Below, piece after piece: positions 1 through 10,118 of a stretch of DNA of 64,000 bases. The stretch covers positions 64,001 to 128,000 of the forward strand of contig CAXXXF010000014.1 of NCBI GenBank assembly GCA_963667175.2, read 5' to 3'. The DNA is from Candidatus Latescibacterota bacterium (lineage in GTDB: Bacteria; Latescibacterota; UBA2968; GCA-2709665). Numbering within the stretch: position 1 is the stretch's first letter; each line of letters begins with the position of its first letter. The notes beneath the pieces were generated by a model. That model ran no database searches. It saw only the letters and a list, made by a program, of their open reading frames with translations, and was not told the origin of the DNA. The position numbers were made by a program, and so were the translations under genes.

Positions 1-177
1 GTCCAGGCCGGACTTCGGGTCCGCGCCGGCCTTGTTGAGGACAAATTTCCGATGCAGCCGATCCACTTCCCGCCGGAGGCTTCCGGTTTCCTCTGGCGAG
101 AGGACGCCCTTGAGCAGGATGTACCCGTCGATCGCCCACTGCTGTCTCTGTTCTCGGGTCAGTTTTCGACGTTCCAT
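1..177 (-). CDS. Phytanoyl-CoA dioxygenase (PhyH)-family protein, N-terminal part (runs off the window)
   Basis: Manual translation MERRKLTREQRQQWAIDGYILLKGVLSPEE matches the typical PhyH N-terminus (LT.EQ....DGY.....VL); not in the ORF track. Confidence 0.65.
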   Translation of the reverse strand, partial: MERRKLTREQRQQWAIDGYILLKGVLSPEETGSLRREVDRLHRKFVLNKAGADPKSGLD

Positions 178-251
178 GGCGGCGCCTCCCGGGTTCGATT
201 CGGCGTTCTGCTTCGCCCGCCGTATTCCGGCGCTGGCTCGCAGCCCTTCAA

Positions 252-1076
252 TTACGCGATCGGCAATGCTGCCCGCTCCCGTTCCAGGTCGGCGCGAAGC
301 CCTTCGGCGGCTTGCCGGGCAGCGTCTGCAAAATCACGGCCGGACGAGGCGTAGAGCACGCTCCTGGATGCATTGACAAGCAACCCGCCTCCGTTTGCGT
401 CGGCGCCGAACCGGATCACCGCGCCGGCATCGCCCATCTGGGCGCCAACACCGGGGACCAGGATGGGAAGCTCGGGCGCGATACGACGGACCGTCGCGAG
501 TTCCCCCGGGTGAGTCGCCCCGACCACCAGCCCGCACGGCCCCGTAGCGGACCATTCAACCGCTTTCCTCGCGACGTGTTGGTAGAGAGGACCGTCCGGC
601 GTGGAAAGACGCTGGAAGTCCGTCGACCCGGGGTTGGAGGTCAGACAGAGCAGAAACGCGCATCGGTCGTCGTAGTCGAGGAATGGGCCCATGGCGTCGA
701 AGCCCATAAGCGGGTTTGTCGTGACCGCGTCGACGCCGAGCACGTCGTAGGCCATTTGCGCGTACCGGGCGGAGGAGTTGCCGATATCTCCGGCCTTGAA
801 GTCAAGCAGAACGGGCATCGTATCGGGAATGGCGCCGATAACGTCCCCGAGGCTCTGCCAGCCTGCCGGACCCATCGCGCCGAAGAAGGCGAAGTTGGGT
901 TTGTAGGCGCAGACAAGGTCCTCTGTGGCGGCGACGATTTCCCTGAGAAAGGCACTGACCGGATTCGCGGCGCCTTTGAGGTGGGCCGGCAGACGTTCAG
1001 GATCGGGATCCAGGCCCACGCACACCCGGCTGTTCCGGGTGTCGACGGCCTGATGGAATTTCTGAAGAAAGCTCAA
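252..1076 (-). CDS. pyrF: Orotidine-5'-phosphate decarboxylase
   Basis: VCVGLDP, AYKPN, LLDFKAGDIGNS, VVGAT, LVPGVGAQ and NASRS motifs; start trimmed to TTG 1076 because the longer ORF overlaps rnpB. Confidence 0.95.
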   Translation of the reverse strand: MSFLQKFHQAVDTRNSRVCVGLDPDPERLPAHLKGAANPVSAFLREIVAATEDLVCAYKPNFAFFGAMGPAGWQSLGDVIGAIPDTMPVLLDFKAGDIGNSSARYAQMAYDVLGVDAVTTNPLMGFDAMGPFLDYDDRCAFLLCLTSNPGSTDFQRLSTPDGPLYQHVARKAVEWSATGPCGLVVGATHPGELATVRRIAPELPILVPGVGAQMGDAGAVIRFGADANGGGLLVNASRSVLYASSGRDFADAARQAAEGLRADLERERAALPIA

Positions 1077-1105
1077 TCCCAACTCCACGACGGGGTGGAT
1101 ATTCA

Positions 1106-1483
1106 GGCAAGCGGGCCTGTAAGCCGAGTTCTGTCGTCCGGCGCGGCGCGCCGGACGGATGGCCATTTATCTGGGACGCCGGTTGCCCGGCGCCTCTGCG
1201 CAGCCTACCCGAGCGTTGTAACGAGACGGGCCGCCTCTCCGCTCCTATTTGGCCTTGCTCCGGATGGGGTTTACCATGCCGCTCCCGTCTCCGGGAGCGC
1301 GGTGGGCTCTTACCCCGCCGTTTCACCCTTGCCCGCAACGAAACCGTGGTCTCGCCCGCTGGCGGTCTGTTCTCTGTGGCACTTTCCTTCGAGTTGCCCC
1401 GACTGGGAGTTACCCAGCATCCTGCCCTCTGGAGCTCGGACTTTCCTCACCCTAAATGGGCGCGGCCATCCGGCCCGCTTGCC
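1106..1483 (-). ncRNA. rnpB: RNase P RNA (bacterial type A)
   Basis: Minus strand contains GAGGAAAGTCCGAGCTCC and ACAGAACTCGGCTTA; termini GGCAAGCGGGCC / GGCCCGCTTGCC pair as helix P1. Confidence 0.97.
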
Positions 1484-1514
1484 CGAATTGTGGACTCGTG
1501 AACCGCCCGCCGGC

Positions 1515-1937
1515 TCACGAATTGCTCTTCAATGCCTCCGATATTCCCTTATTGGCCAGGCGGTCGGCGTGCTGGTTTTCCGAACGTGAAACGTGACGGA
1601 TCGTAAATCCGTCCATCGAACCGGCAATATCAACGACGAATTCGTACAACGGCAACAGCTTCGAGTTCTTGACTTTATATTCTCCGTTCAACTGTCTGAC
1701 CATCAATTCGCTGTCCGATACGGCGTTGACACGCGTCACGCGCAGCCTTCGGACGATTTCCAGCCCGTAAATGAGCGCCTTGTACTCCGCGACGTTGTTG
1801 GTGGCTTCGCCAATGAATTCCGAATGTTCCGAAAGAACCACGCCCTTGAGTTCGACCCGGACCCCAATGCCCGCGGGACCGGGATTCCCCTTCGCCGCGC
1901 CGTCCACGTAGAGTGTTAGTGTCTCGTTGTCCGCCAT
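1515..1937 (-). CDS. rnhA: Ribonuclease HI family protein
   Basis: YVDGAAKGNPGPAG, TNNVAEY, SDSELMV and NQHADRLAN motifs. Confidence 0.92.
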   Translation of the reverse strand: MADNETLTLYVDGAAKGNPGPAGIGVRVELKGVVLSEHSEFIGEATNNVAEYKALIYGLEIVRRLRVTRVNAVSDSELMVRQLNGEYKVKNSKLLPLYEFVVDIAGSMDGFTIRHVSRSENQHADRLANKGISEALKSNS

Positions 1938-1938
1938 G

Positions 1939-2652
1939 TCAACCTTCTTCTCTCCACACCAGCATCCGGCCGCAGTTCTCGCAACGGATGATCCTGTCCT
2001 GGCGTCTGACTTCCACGTGAAGCTGTGGCGGCAGTTGTCTGAAGCAACCGCCGCAGGAACCTTTGCCGATCGGCACCACGGCAACGCCGTCCCTCACAAC
2101 GCTGCGGATCCGGTTGTAATTGGACAGCACCGGTTTGTCCACCGATTCTTCGGCAACCGATCGTTTTTTCCGCCATCCGCTGGCCTCGCCATCCACCAGG
2201 TCCAGGCGACCCTGGAGGTCCTTTATCTGGCCGAGATAATCGGCTTCAAGCGACTTGTATGCGCTCTCTTCTTCCTCGAGCATTGTCTTCAGGTCGTCGT
2301 GTTGTTCGATGCTCTCGAGGATCATGGTCTCACTCTCGTCAGCGCGGTTCCCCAGCACTTCGATCTCAATCTGGAGCGCATCGTATTCCCGGTTTGTCTT
2401 CACTTCCATCAGTCGATCCTGGTGTTTCTTCAGATCAGCCTGTATGGTCTCCAGCTCGCCCTCCAGATGACGGCGGTTTTTTTCCAGGTCGGCAGCCTGC
2501 TGCTTCTTGTCGTCCACCGCCTGTTTCGCGGTTTCCAGCTTTTCGCGAAGTTCCGCGATCGCTTCAGGGAAATCCGACTGCACCTTTTTGAGTTTGTCCA
2601 ATTCGCTATCGATGTGCTGCAGATTCAAAAGTTTAAGCAGGCTTTCTTTCAT
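1939..2652 (-). CDS. Coiled-coil protein with C4-type zinc ribbon (DUF164/CdsZ-like)
   Basis: Long coiled coil, KTNREYDAL, C-terminal CGGC...CENCGR. Confidence 0.9.
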   Translation of the reverse strand: MKESLLKLLNLQHIDSELDKLKKVQSDFPEAIAELREKLETAKQAVDDKKQQAADLEKNRRHLEGELETIQADLKKHQDRLMEVKTNREYDALQIEIEVLGNRADESETMILESIEQHDDLKTMLEEEESAYKSLEADYLGQIKDLQGRLDLVDGEASGWRKKRSVAEESVDKPVLSNYNRIRSVVRDGVAVVPIGKGSCGGCFRQLPPQLHVEVRRQDRIIRCENCGRMLVWREEG

Positions 2653-2763
2653 ACGCGGTCTCCAAAAAAACAGGGCGCATTCGTTTATTGAATGCACCCT
2701 GACGATTGCCGGCCGTCCCGATCCACCCGTGGACAGACCCGGGCCACCTCGCTTTTCGGATCA

Positions 2764-2840
2764 TGGTGGGCGATACTGGACTCGAACCAGTGACCTCTGG
2801 TATGTGAAACCAGCGCTCTAACCAGCTGAGCTAATCGCCC
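2764..2840 (-). tRNA. tRNA-Val(CAC)
   Basis: GGGCGATTAGCTCAG..., anticodon arm CTGGT-TTCACAT-ACCAG, GGTTCGAGTCC T-arm, encoded CCA. Confidence 0.97.
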
Positions 2841-3026
2841 ACCTGAAGACATCAGACGGTTCACTTGACGCTTGTTCCCTGTTGTCGGATCGCGTGAAAT
2901 CGTCGCTTCCATAGCGGAAAAGTGCCGAATTCAAGACCTTTGAATAAACAAAAACCAGCCGGAATTGTCAAGCGTATTCCAGTGAAGACAACCGCTTACC
3001 GATCCCCTGCGTTCGCGATGATTAAC

Positions 3027-3055
3027 TTGACAGCGAAAAGGGATTTCTATAGATT
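3027..3055 (+). promoter_or_regulatory. Sigma70-type promoter for tRNA-Glu
   Basis: TTGACA-N17-TAGATT just upstream of the tRNA. Confidence 0.75.
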
Positions 3056-3073
3056 TCGACCTTCGATTCGGGT

Positions 3074-3148
3074 GACCCCGTCGTTCAGTGGTTAGGACAC
3101 CGGGTTTTCAACCCGGCAACGGGGGTTCGACTCCCCTCGGGGTCACCA
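3074..3148 (+). tRNA. tRNA-Glu(TTC)
   Basis: Acceptor stem GACCCCG/CGGGGTC, anticodon arm CCGGG-TTTTCAA-CCCGG, GGTTCGA, encoded CCA. Confidence 0.97.
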
Positions 3149-3409
3149 GTTTTTTCGCGCATTCCGTTTATTATTAAAACGTTGCGTTCTCCACCAGCCT
3201 GCCCTTACCCTCTTCCTGTCTCCTTACTTCATCACCAGCTGAAACCAATCTGAAGTCGCTTCCAAGCTGACTCGACGTACCCGTACCGGAACCACGACCT
3301 TCGGGCCCGCCCGAGTTCGTCCCCAGGGGATCCAGGTACTGCAGCGCTAAATAGACTTCCGTTTCACAGATACTGGCGGAATCGTTCGCCGACACCGGAG
3401 AGCTTCGGT

Positions 3410-5278
3410 ATGGTTGATTCCAGCGCCGATCGCCGTGGAACCACTCGCCTGGCGCGGATTCGGATCAGATTCGAGGGCCTTGGATATCTGATCAGGTTGC
3501 TCAGGGGTCACGCCCTCCTCGAGGCGACGCTGCTCATTCTGGTAAGCCTGATATCCGGAGTCGCTACGCCGGTCGTTGTGTGGGGGATGAAAGGTCTTGT
3601 CGACGTGGTGAGCGACAGTCCGACTGTCGGGTGGCCAGACGTCGTTCCGTGGCTTGCAGCCTTCTCTGGTGCTCTGCTCATCCGGAACGTCAACGCGGAA
3701 TACTCCAGATATCTCGCTTCCGCGATTTATCAGCGGGTCGGTGGCGAAATGCAACGTGACGTCGTCAGCAAGTCGGTCTCGGTACCGCTGAACGCCTTTG
3801 ACGGCCGTGCGTACTATGACAAGCTGGAAACGGGCAAGCGGTCGATTGGCCCGGATTTCGTCGACATCATGAATGAGTTCGGTTCATTGATATCGATTGC
3901 GGTCGGCGCCACGGGCTTGCTAGTGCTTTTTGTTGACGCCCACTGGGCGCTGGCCGTTGTACTGGTTATGACGATGATCGTCAACACCGTCATCGGCGCG
4001 AGGCACGTGGCTCAGTTCATTGACGTCAACTACAAGAGCTCACCTCAACGGCAGGAAATCGACTATTGGGGGGCGCTTCTCTCAAGCCGCCGCGCTGCCG
4101 CCGAAATCCGGGCGTATCAGTTGGGCGAATATTTGCTGGGGTACTGGCGGCGTGCCTTTGAACGCTACGTCGCTGTCATTAAAAGTGCCCGCTTTCGGCT
4201 GGCCTTCGTTCAACTGTTAAATTCATGCGCACACGACGTCATTATATGGACAAACAGCCTGGCACTCGTGATCTTGGCTGCGCGGGGAACCATAAGTGTG
4301 GGAACCATGGTGGCTTTGCTCTACGGTATCGTTCGCTTTCGCGAATTGGCACAGTCGGCTTCATTTGGTGTTTCTCAACTGACTCAGCACCTCATCCAAC
4401 TGCGACACCTGCGCGAGTTTCTCGAATTGGCCGACGAGAGTACGAAACCTGGAAACAAACTGCAGCCACCGCGTTCCGTGCAACACAGTATCCGATTTCA
4501 CGGTGTGAGTTTTGCCTACCCGGGTTCGGTCCGCCCTGCGATCACCGATCTCAATTTGACACTATCGCCAGGAGAACGGGTAGCACTCGTAGGTGAAAAC
4601 GGTGCGGGCAAGAGCACGGTCGCCCGATTGCTTCTCGGATTGTACCTGCCGACACGGGGCCGGATTACAGTTGACGGTGTCGATCTCTCCGAAATGGATT
4701 TGTGGGCATGGCGTCTGATGGCGACTGCCGTGTTTCAGGATTTCGTGCGCTATGAACTTACGGTTTATGAAAACATCGGATTCGGGCGGAGTTCGTTGTT
4801 GAACGAGGGAGACCGGGGCGGGGCCGTATCTTCCGAGATCGTTAACGCAGCGCAGAGCAGTGGCGCCATTGACTTTGTAAACGAACTGCCTTTGACGTTC
4901 CGGTCCGTATTGAGCAAGGACTTCGACGGCGGGGTCGAACTTTCAGCAGGCCAATGGCAACGATTGGCGATGGCCAGGGCCTTCGTTCGAAAAAACTGCG
5001 AAGTCGTCGTCCTGGACGAGCCCACGTCGGCGTTGGACCCCAAGGCTGAGGTGCAAGTGTATCGGGTTTTCGGATCCGCAGTCAGCGGGCGATGTACCGT
5101 CTTCATTTCGCACCGATTGGGATCGGCCCGCCTCGCCAGCCGAATCCTCGTCCTGAAGGAAGGTCGCCTTGTGGAGGAGGGGTCACACCGGGCACTGCTC
5201 GAGGCTAACGGCGAATACGCTCGGATGTACCGCCTCCAGGCGGGCTGGTACGCCTGGGAAGATGGAGTTGACGTTTGA
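3410..5278 (+). CDS. ABC exporter, fused permease/ATPase
   Basis: N-terminal TM helices; GENGAGKST, LSAGQWQ, VVVLDEPT, ISHR. Confidence 0.92.
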   Translation: MVDSSADRRGTTRLARIRIRFEGLGYLIRLLRGHALLEATLLILVSLISGVATPVVVWGMKGLVDVVSDSPTVGWPDVVPWLAAFSGALLIRNVNAEYSRYLASAIYQRVGGEMQRDVVSKSVSVPLNAFDGRAYYDKLETGKRSIGPDFVDIMNEFGSLISIAVGATGLLVLFVDAHWALAVVLVMTMIVNTVIGARHVAQFIDVNYKSSPQRQEIDYWGALLSSRRAAAEIRAYQLGEYLLGYWRRAFERYVAVIKSARFRLAFVQLLNSCAHDVIIWTNSLALVILAARGTISVGTMVALLYGIVRFRELAQSASFGVSQLTQHLIQLRHLREFLELADESTKPGNKLQPPRSVQHSIRFHGVSFAYPGSVRPAITDLNLTLSPGERVALVGENGAGKSTVARLLLGLYLPTRGRITVDGVDLSEMDLWAWRLMATAVFQDFVRYELTVYENIGFGRSSLLNEGDRGGAVSSEIVNAAQSSGAIDFVNELPLTFRSVLSKDFDGGVELSAGQWQRLAMARAFVRKNCEVVVLDEPTSALDPKAEVQVYRVFGSAVSGRCTVFISHRLGSARLASRILVLKEGRLVEEGSHRALLEANGEYARMYRLQAGWYAWEDGVDV

Positions 5279-7080
5279 TGAAAGGGCGTGCAATCGGACT
5301 GGGAAGCTGGAATCAAGGACGTCTTTCTTCATTGCGACGCCTCGTTCGGACGATTTTCGCGTTCGATTGCAGTGTGGCGATAAGCCTGCTTGTGCTGAAC
5401 GGTTCACGGGGCCTGGTCTCCGCTGCTCAAGTAGTTCTCTTGTGTCGGTTCATCGATGCCGCGACGGCTGTAGTACGGAGCGAGATCCAATTTGCCGAGG
5501 CCATCCTGTGGGCGGTAGCACTTGTTGGGTTGAACCTGGTTGGATACGGAATAGGCCTGATCTCCGATACCACGGCCCACCACTTTCAAGAGGGTCTCCG
5601 CGGCCATATTGAGGAGCAATGCTATCGAAAGGCCCAAACACTTCCCCTGGCGCAACTGGAAACGGCGGCATTTCACGACCAACTGCAACGCGCGCGGCGC
5701 GGCATTGAGCGGCGGCTATTCAGCACACTGACTTTTATGTGGCGAAGCGTGAGCGACGTCGTAGCTCTTGTGTCCCTCCTGTCTTACCTGGCGAGTTTCC
5801 ACTGGGTGCTGCCACTTATCCTGATCATTGGAACGAGTCCCGGCGTATTCCTTCGCGAACGCGTCAACAGGGCGCGTTATCTTACCGTCCGAGACCTTAC
5901 GCCCGACGAGCGAAAATTTGAAATCTACCAAAGGATATTGTCGGGTCGCGAAGCAGCGGCCGAAGTCCGGATGTTCGCCTTCGGCGCCTGGCTCATCAAC
6001 CGTGCCGACGCGCTGTGGGAAAAGCTTTCCCGAAGGCGAATGCGCCTCGCGAAGAAAGAGGCGAAGCTCGGACTCGTATCGGATGGTCTGAACACTGTAA
6101 CCTATATCGCAGCGGTGACGTTCAGTCTCGGACTCCTCTTTGCAGGTCGCGCGACAATCGGAGCGTATGCCGCCTTCTTTTATGCGATCGAGCAACTTCA
6201 GAGCCACTACCGCAGTCTCGTCTGGGGCGCATCGATCATCTACAATGACCTGCGCTACGTCCAGGACTATTTCGAATTTGTTGATTGCTCAACTGAAGAA
6301 TCGCCAAAAACGCGTCGCTTGTCACGCGCGCTGCGTTCTGGAATAGTCTTGGAGGACGTCTCGTTTATTTACCCGGGAAACGATATTCCGGCGCTTTCCA
6401 ATCTCAATCTCACCATTCGTCCGGGCGAACGCATTGCCGTCGTCGGCGAGAACGGCGCCGGCAAGAGCACGCTGGTGAAGCTGATTCTGGGCCTGTTTGA
6501 CCCGACTGCCGGGCGGATTCTTGTCGACGGGGTCGATCTGCGGGAAGTCGCGCCAGACGAATGGCTCCGGCGCACGGGTGTTGTGTTTCAGGATTACAAC
6601 CGGTATGAACTCACAGCGCGGGAGAATATAGCCTGCGGTTGGATGGAGGCGGAAGCAGGCGCGGTTGAAGACGAGGCGGCGAAGAGCGGTGCTTATCAAG
6701 TGGTTGAAACCCTGCCTCATGGGTTGGATACCCCGCTCGGCAAGACCTATCGACGTGGCAGCGAACTCTCCATTGGCCAGTGGCAGAAGCTTGCAATAGC
6801 CCGTGCATATATGCGCCCGGCAGAAGTCCTGATTCTCGATGAGCCGGCCTCCGCACTCGACGCAAAGGCGGAGGCCGACGTATACACTCACTTTGCCCGG
6901 ATTGCTGAAAAACGCACCGTCATCCTGATCTCGCATCGCCTCGGATCCTGCAGACTCGCCGACCGGATCCTGCTGTTGGGAGACGGTAAAATCGTCGAAG
7001 AAGGCAGTCATCGGGAACTCCTGGCGATGAACGGCCAGTACGCTGAATTGTACCGGAATCAGGCTCGATGGTATCGGTAG
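5275..7080 (+). CDS. ABC exporter, fused permease/ATPase (probable heterodimer partner)
   Basis: GENGAGKST, LSIGQWQ, LILDEP, ISHR; start overlaps the upstream stop. Confidence 0.92.
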   Translation: MMKGRAIGLGSWNQGRLSSLRRLVRTIFAFDCSVAISLLVLNGSRGLVSAAQVVLLCRFIDAATAVVRSEIQFAEAILWAVALVGLNLVGYGIGLISDTTAHHFQEGLRGHIEEQCYRKAQTLPLAQLETAAFHDQLQRARRGIERRLFSTLTFMWRSVSDVVALVSLLSYLASFHWVLPLILIIGTSPGVFLRERVNRARYLTVRDLTPDERKFEIYQRILSGREAAAEVRMFAFGAWLINRADALWEKLSRRRMRLAKKEAKLGLVSDGLNTVTYIAAVTFSLGLLFAGRATIGAYAAFFYAIEQLQSHYRSLVWGASIIYNDLRYVQDYFEFVDCSTEESPKTRRLSRALRSGIVLEDVSFIYPGNDIPALSNLNLTIRPGERIAVVGENGAGKSTLVKLILGLFDPTAGRILVDGVDLREVAPDEWLRRTGVVFQDYNRYELTARENIACGWMEAEAGAVEDEAAKSGAYQVVETLPHGLDTPLGKTYRRGSELSIGQWQKLAIARAYMRPAEVLILDEPASALDAKAEADVYTHFARIAEKRTVILISHRLGSCRLADRILLLGDGKIVEEGSHRELLAMNGQYAELYRNQARWYR

Positions 7081-7300
7081 TCTGATCGAAGATCATTCCT
7101 TGAATTGTGTTGCCACCGTCCAGAGGCGCCCGGAATCGCAACGGCATTCAACTGACGTGAAACCAACACGAGCAGGGTTTTCGTAACTTACCTGAGTCAA
7201 AATCCACACGCAAAAGTCCGGATCCAAAGCCTTGAGACTGTCACATTTGAAGCTGGATTTGGAAAGCAGACTTGATCAGTGTACGTGGCCGGCGAGGAAT

Positions 7301-8972
7301 TCACGGCAAGAGGCGACAGATATCGCCGGACTCAGAATTGGCCTGGCCCGAGAGCGCAGCCAGACCGACGTGGAAAACTCCGTCCATCAATTCAAGGGAG
7401 TACGGGAGAGCGCCCACGTCGAACTGTGCCACCTTTGACCACTCCCTCAGGTCCCGAGACCGGTACACGCAGCCGTGGTAAACGGCTTCTTCTTTGCGAC
7501 ACGCGAGGACATAGCAAACATCATCTCGTACCAATATGTCCTGAACCCAGTCATGCAGGAATTGTTGAACTACAACTGCACCCTTCTTTAGATCCGACAG
7601 GAAATATAGCGGTTTCGGCGCCGGTTCTTCCTTCCATCGCATGTACGTATAAAGTACGCCATTCAGGAACGGCGTTACCCGATGAGGTATTTGTCGGTCT
7701 TTCTCCAGGCCTGGAAATTGAGGGATTACTAACCTATCAAGTTTAATATTATTAAAGAGATAGAGGTACTCTTGGCCAGGCGTCACGATCAGACCCTGTT
7801 CAAGTGCCGCCATCTCGATATAACGGCCATCGCTGAATTCATCAACATTGTCGTGACTGAATCGTCTCCATGTTTTTCCCCAATCACTCGATTCGTACAA
7901 CGCTGCCCCCAATTCGGTGTCAGCAGTAACATAAGAGCTTTTGGGCGAAGTAGGCTGCGTCAAACACGTGGACAGCATCTGGAATCGTCCGTTGCTTGCG
8001 CCATTTTCCATTTTCCTTAATGTAGATATTGCCGAAGTTCCAGGACTCAGTGGCGTCTATACCGGGCACGACGAGTCGTCCAGCGCACGTCCGGAAGCGA
8101 TCTACTGACTCGTCATCGACGGTGATTTCATGCTGGAATTGATATTTCGAACGGCTGATCCCCCCTGCAAACGACCATACAGATACCGGCCCCTGATTGT
8201 TAATCCAGTCACCACCGCCAACGTATATGCGTCCGGCGAAATGATGCAAATCCCAGACGCTGCGAGCGAAACTATGTAGCGTATCGTCCTTTGGATAACT
8301 GATACGGTTCGGATTACCGACAACTCGTAACCGGCTGAATCCGGGTCCTGTTGTATCAGCGACTGACTTCATGATATATTGGCGTCCTCGATGAATCCCG
8401 AGGAAAATAGTCGGCGCATACGGTTTCTCACCTTCTACCTCCGGCAAATACCAAATCTCGTGCATCGTCCCCTGAGGATCGATAATTCGTGGTCTCCCAA
8501 TGAGGACACCCTCGAGTCCGGTGACTGGAATAGTAAACTTCATCGAACTGATACGAAGAGGCATCTGGCTTGTGAAGACCAGGTCTTCTGACGGCGACCG
8601 ACGGAAAACGTCGAGACGTAGCGAGTAATTCGGCTGCTCTGAATCGCTGATCCCTGCCTGTTTCGACAAGACTGAGTCGATTTGTCCTGCCAATAGCGGA
8701 TCGAGTTCAGAAAATGGCCAAAAGCCTACGGTGACGTCCAGGGAATCAACGTCAAAGGCATGATGAGGATGGGCCTTGAGATAAACGAGCTCTTTGAATC
8801 CTTCCGTGAGTCTAATGCGACTCAATCCGCTAACGTGCGTTTTACTTTGTGTATTGCGTACCTCATCGGATGCAGGTAAATTCGCGGGTACGATTACCTG
8901 ATAACAAATTAGCACGTTCAGAGCCAGAATTTGTGATCGCATTTTCGCAAAACCCGGCATCTTATTAAACAA
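7301..8972 (-). pseudogene. Frameshifted secreted beta-propeller/Asp-box protein
   Basis: ORFs 7920-8972 and 7301-8011 join as ...AYFAQKL|YVTADTELGAALYESSDWGKTW if one T near 7935 is removed; Asp-box-like motifs. Confidence 0.7.
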
Positions 8973-9040
8973 ACCGCGGTTGTTAACGGGATTCGGATGC
9001 TACAACGAATATATATCGAAACGACACCCAGACCAAGGAC

Positions 9041-9442
9041 ATGACCATCGCAGACAACAGGTCGGCCATTGAATCGGAACTCGTCAGGGAGTTTGTCGCG
9101 TGCGCCCATGGCGACTTCGACCGCGTCAGGGAATTGCTCGGCAAGGAGCCTGCTCTGGTCAATGCGTGCTGGGATTGGGGCGGAGGCGACTGGGAGACGG
9201 GCCTTGGGGCGGCAGCTCATGTCGGCCACAAGGAAATCGCCGCGTATCTGCTGGACAGGGGCGCGCGGATCGACGTGTTTGCCGCCGCGATGCTGGGCAA
9301 ACTCGACGTCGTCCGGGCGGCGGTCGCGGACGATCCGGCGGTCGTAGACGTTAAGGGGCCGCACGGGATTCCACTGATCGTGCATGCCAGGAACGGAGGC
9401 GCGGAGGCGGTCGAGGTCGTGAAATATCTCGAGTCGATATGA
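9041..9442 (+). CDS. Ankyrin-repeat protein
   Basis: AHGDFDRVRELL, WETGLGAAAHVG, GPHGIPLIVHA. Confidence 0.85.
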   Translation: MTIADNRSAIESELVREFVACAHGDFDRVRELLGKEPALVNACWDWGGGDWETGLGAAAHVGHKEIAAYLLDRGARIDVFAAAMLGKLDVVRAAVADDPAVVDVKGPHGIPLIVHARNGGAEAVEVVKYLESI

Positions 9443-9541
9443 CAGAAAGCCGGGACAAGATACGGTCGGGCGCCAACTCGCTCCGCAGGACCTGACAATT
9501 CGAACGGTTTGTCTTCGACGCTTCAGAAAGGAGCACCCCGA

Positions 9542-10114
9542 ATGAAAAGAGTCACGTTCGCCCTGCCAATACTGCTCGCGATCGCCGCATTTTCGGTTTT
9601 TGCAGGTGACGACGGTGGTGCGCCCGAAGGAAAAGGCGACTCGCATGCCGCGCCAGCTGCCGGTTCGGCGGAGTTCGAGCGACTGAAAGCGCTGGTCGGA
9701 CGCTGGGAGTCCGAGATGCCGAAGCCCGGCGGCGGTTCCGAAGCCGGGAAGGGCGCGATGACTACGGTTGCAACGGAGTACCGGCTTGCGGCCAACGGCA
9801 GTGTCATCGTGGAGCGCAACTTCCCGGATACGCCGATGGAGATGATTTCCGTGTACCACGACCGGCGCGGCAAGCTGTGGATGACCCACTATTGCGCGAA
9901 GGGCAATCAGCCGCAGATGCGTCTGACGGGCTCAACCGACAGCGTGATCACGATGGCGCTGGTGGAGGGCTCCCTCGATTCGCCCGACGAGGCGCACATG
10001 CACTCCGTCTCGATTGCGTTTGACGGTGAGGACACGATGTCCCAGACCTGGACGATGGTTGAGGGCGGCAAGGAGACGATGGCTCACACCATGACCTACC
10101 GTCGCGTGCGATAG
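9542..10114 (+). CDS. Conserved secreted hypothetical protein
   Basis: Signal peptide; LKALVGRW and MTHYCAKGNQPQM; SD AAGGAG. Confidence 0.75.
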   Translation: MKRVTFALPILLAIAAFSVFAGDDGGAPEGKGDSHAAPAAGSAEFERLKALVGRWESEMPKPGGGSEAGKGAMTTVATEYRLAANGSVIVERNFPDTPMEMISVYHDRRGKLWMTHYCAKGNQPQMRLTGSTDSVITMALVEGSLDSPDEAHMHSVSIAFDGEDTMSQTWTMVEGGKETMAHTMTYRRVR

Positions 10115-10118
10115 GCAC

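Noticed and set aside
312-1589. 425-aa plus-strand ORF and the N-terminal extension of pyrF
   Set aside because: They overlap pyrF and the RNase P RNA
3130-3148. att-site duplication of the tRNA-Glu 3' end
   Set aside because: No second copy and no integrase were found in the window
3174-3395. Gly/Ser-rich ORF as a RiPP precursor for the ABC pair
   Set aside because: No SD, leader motif or modifying enzymes nearby
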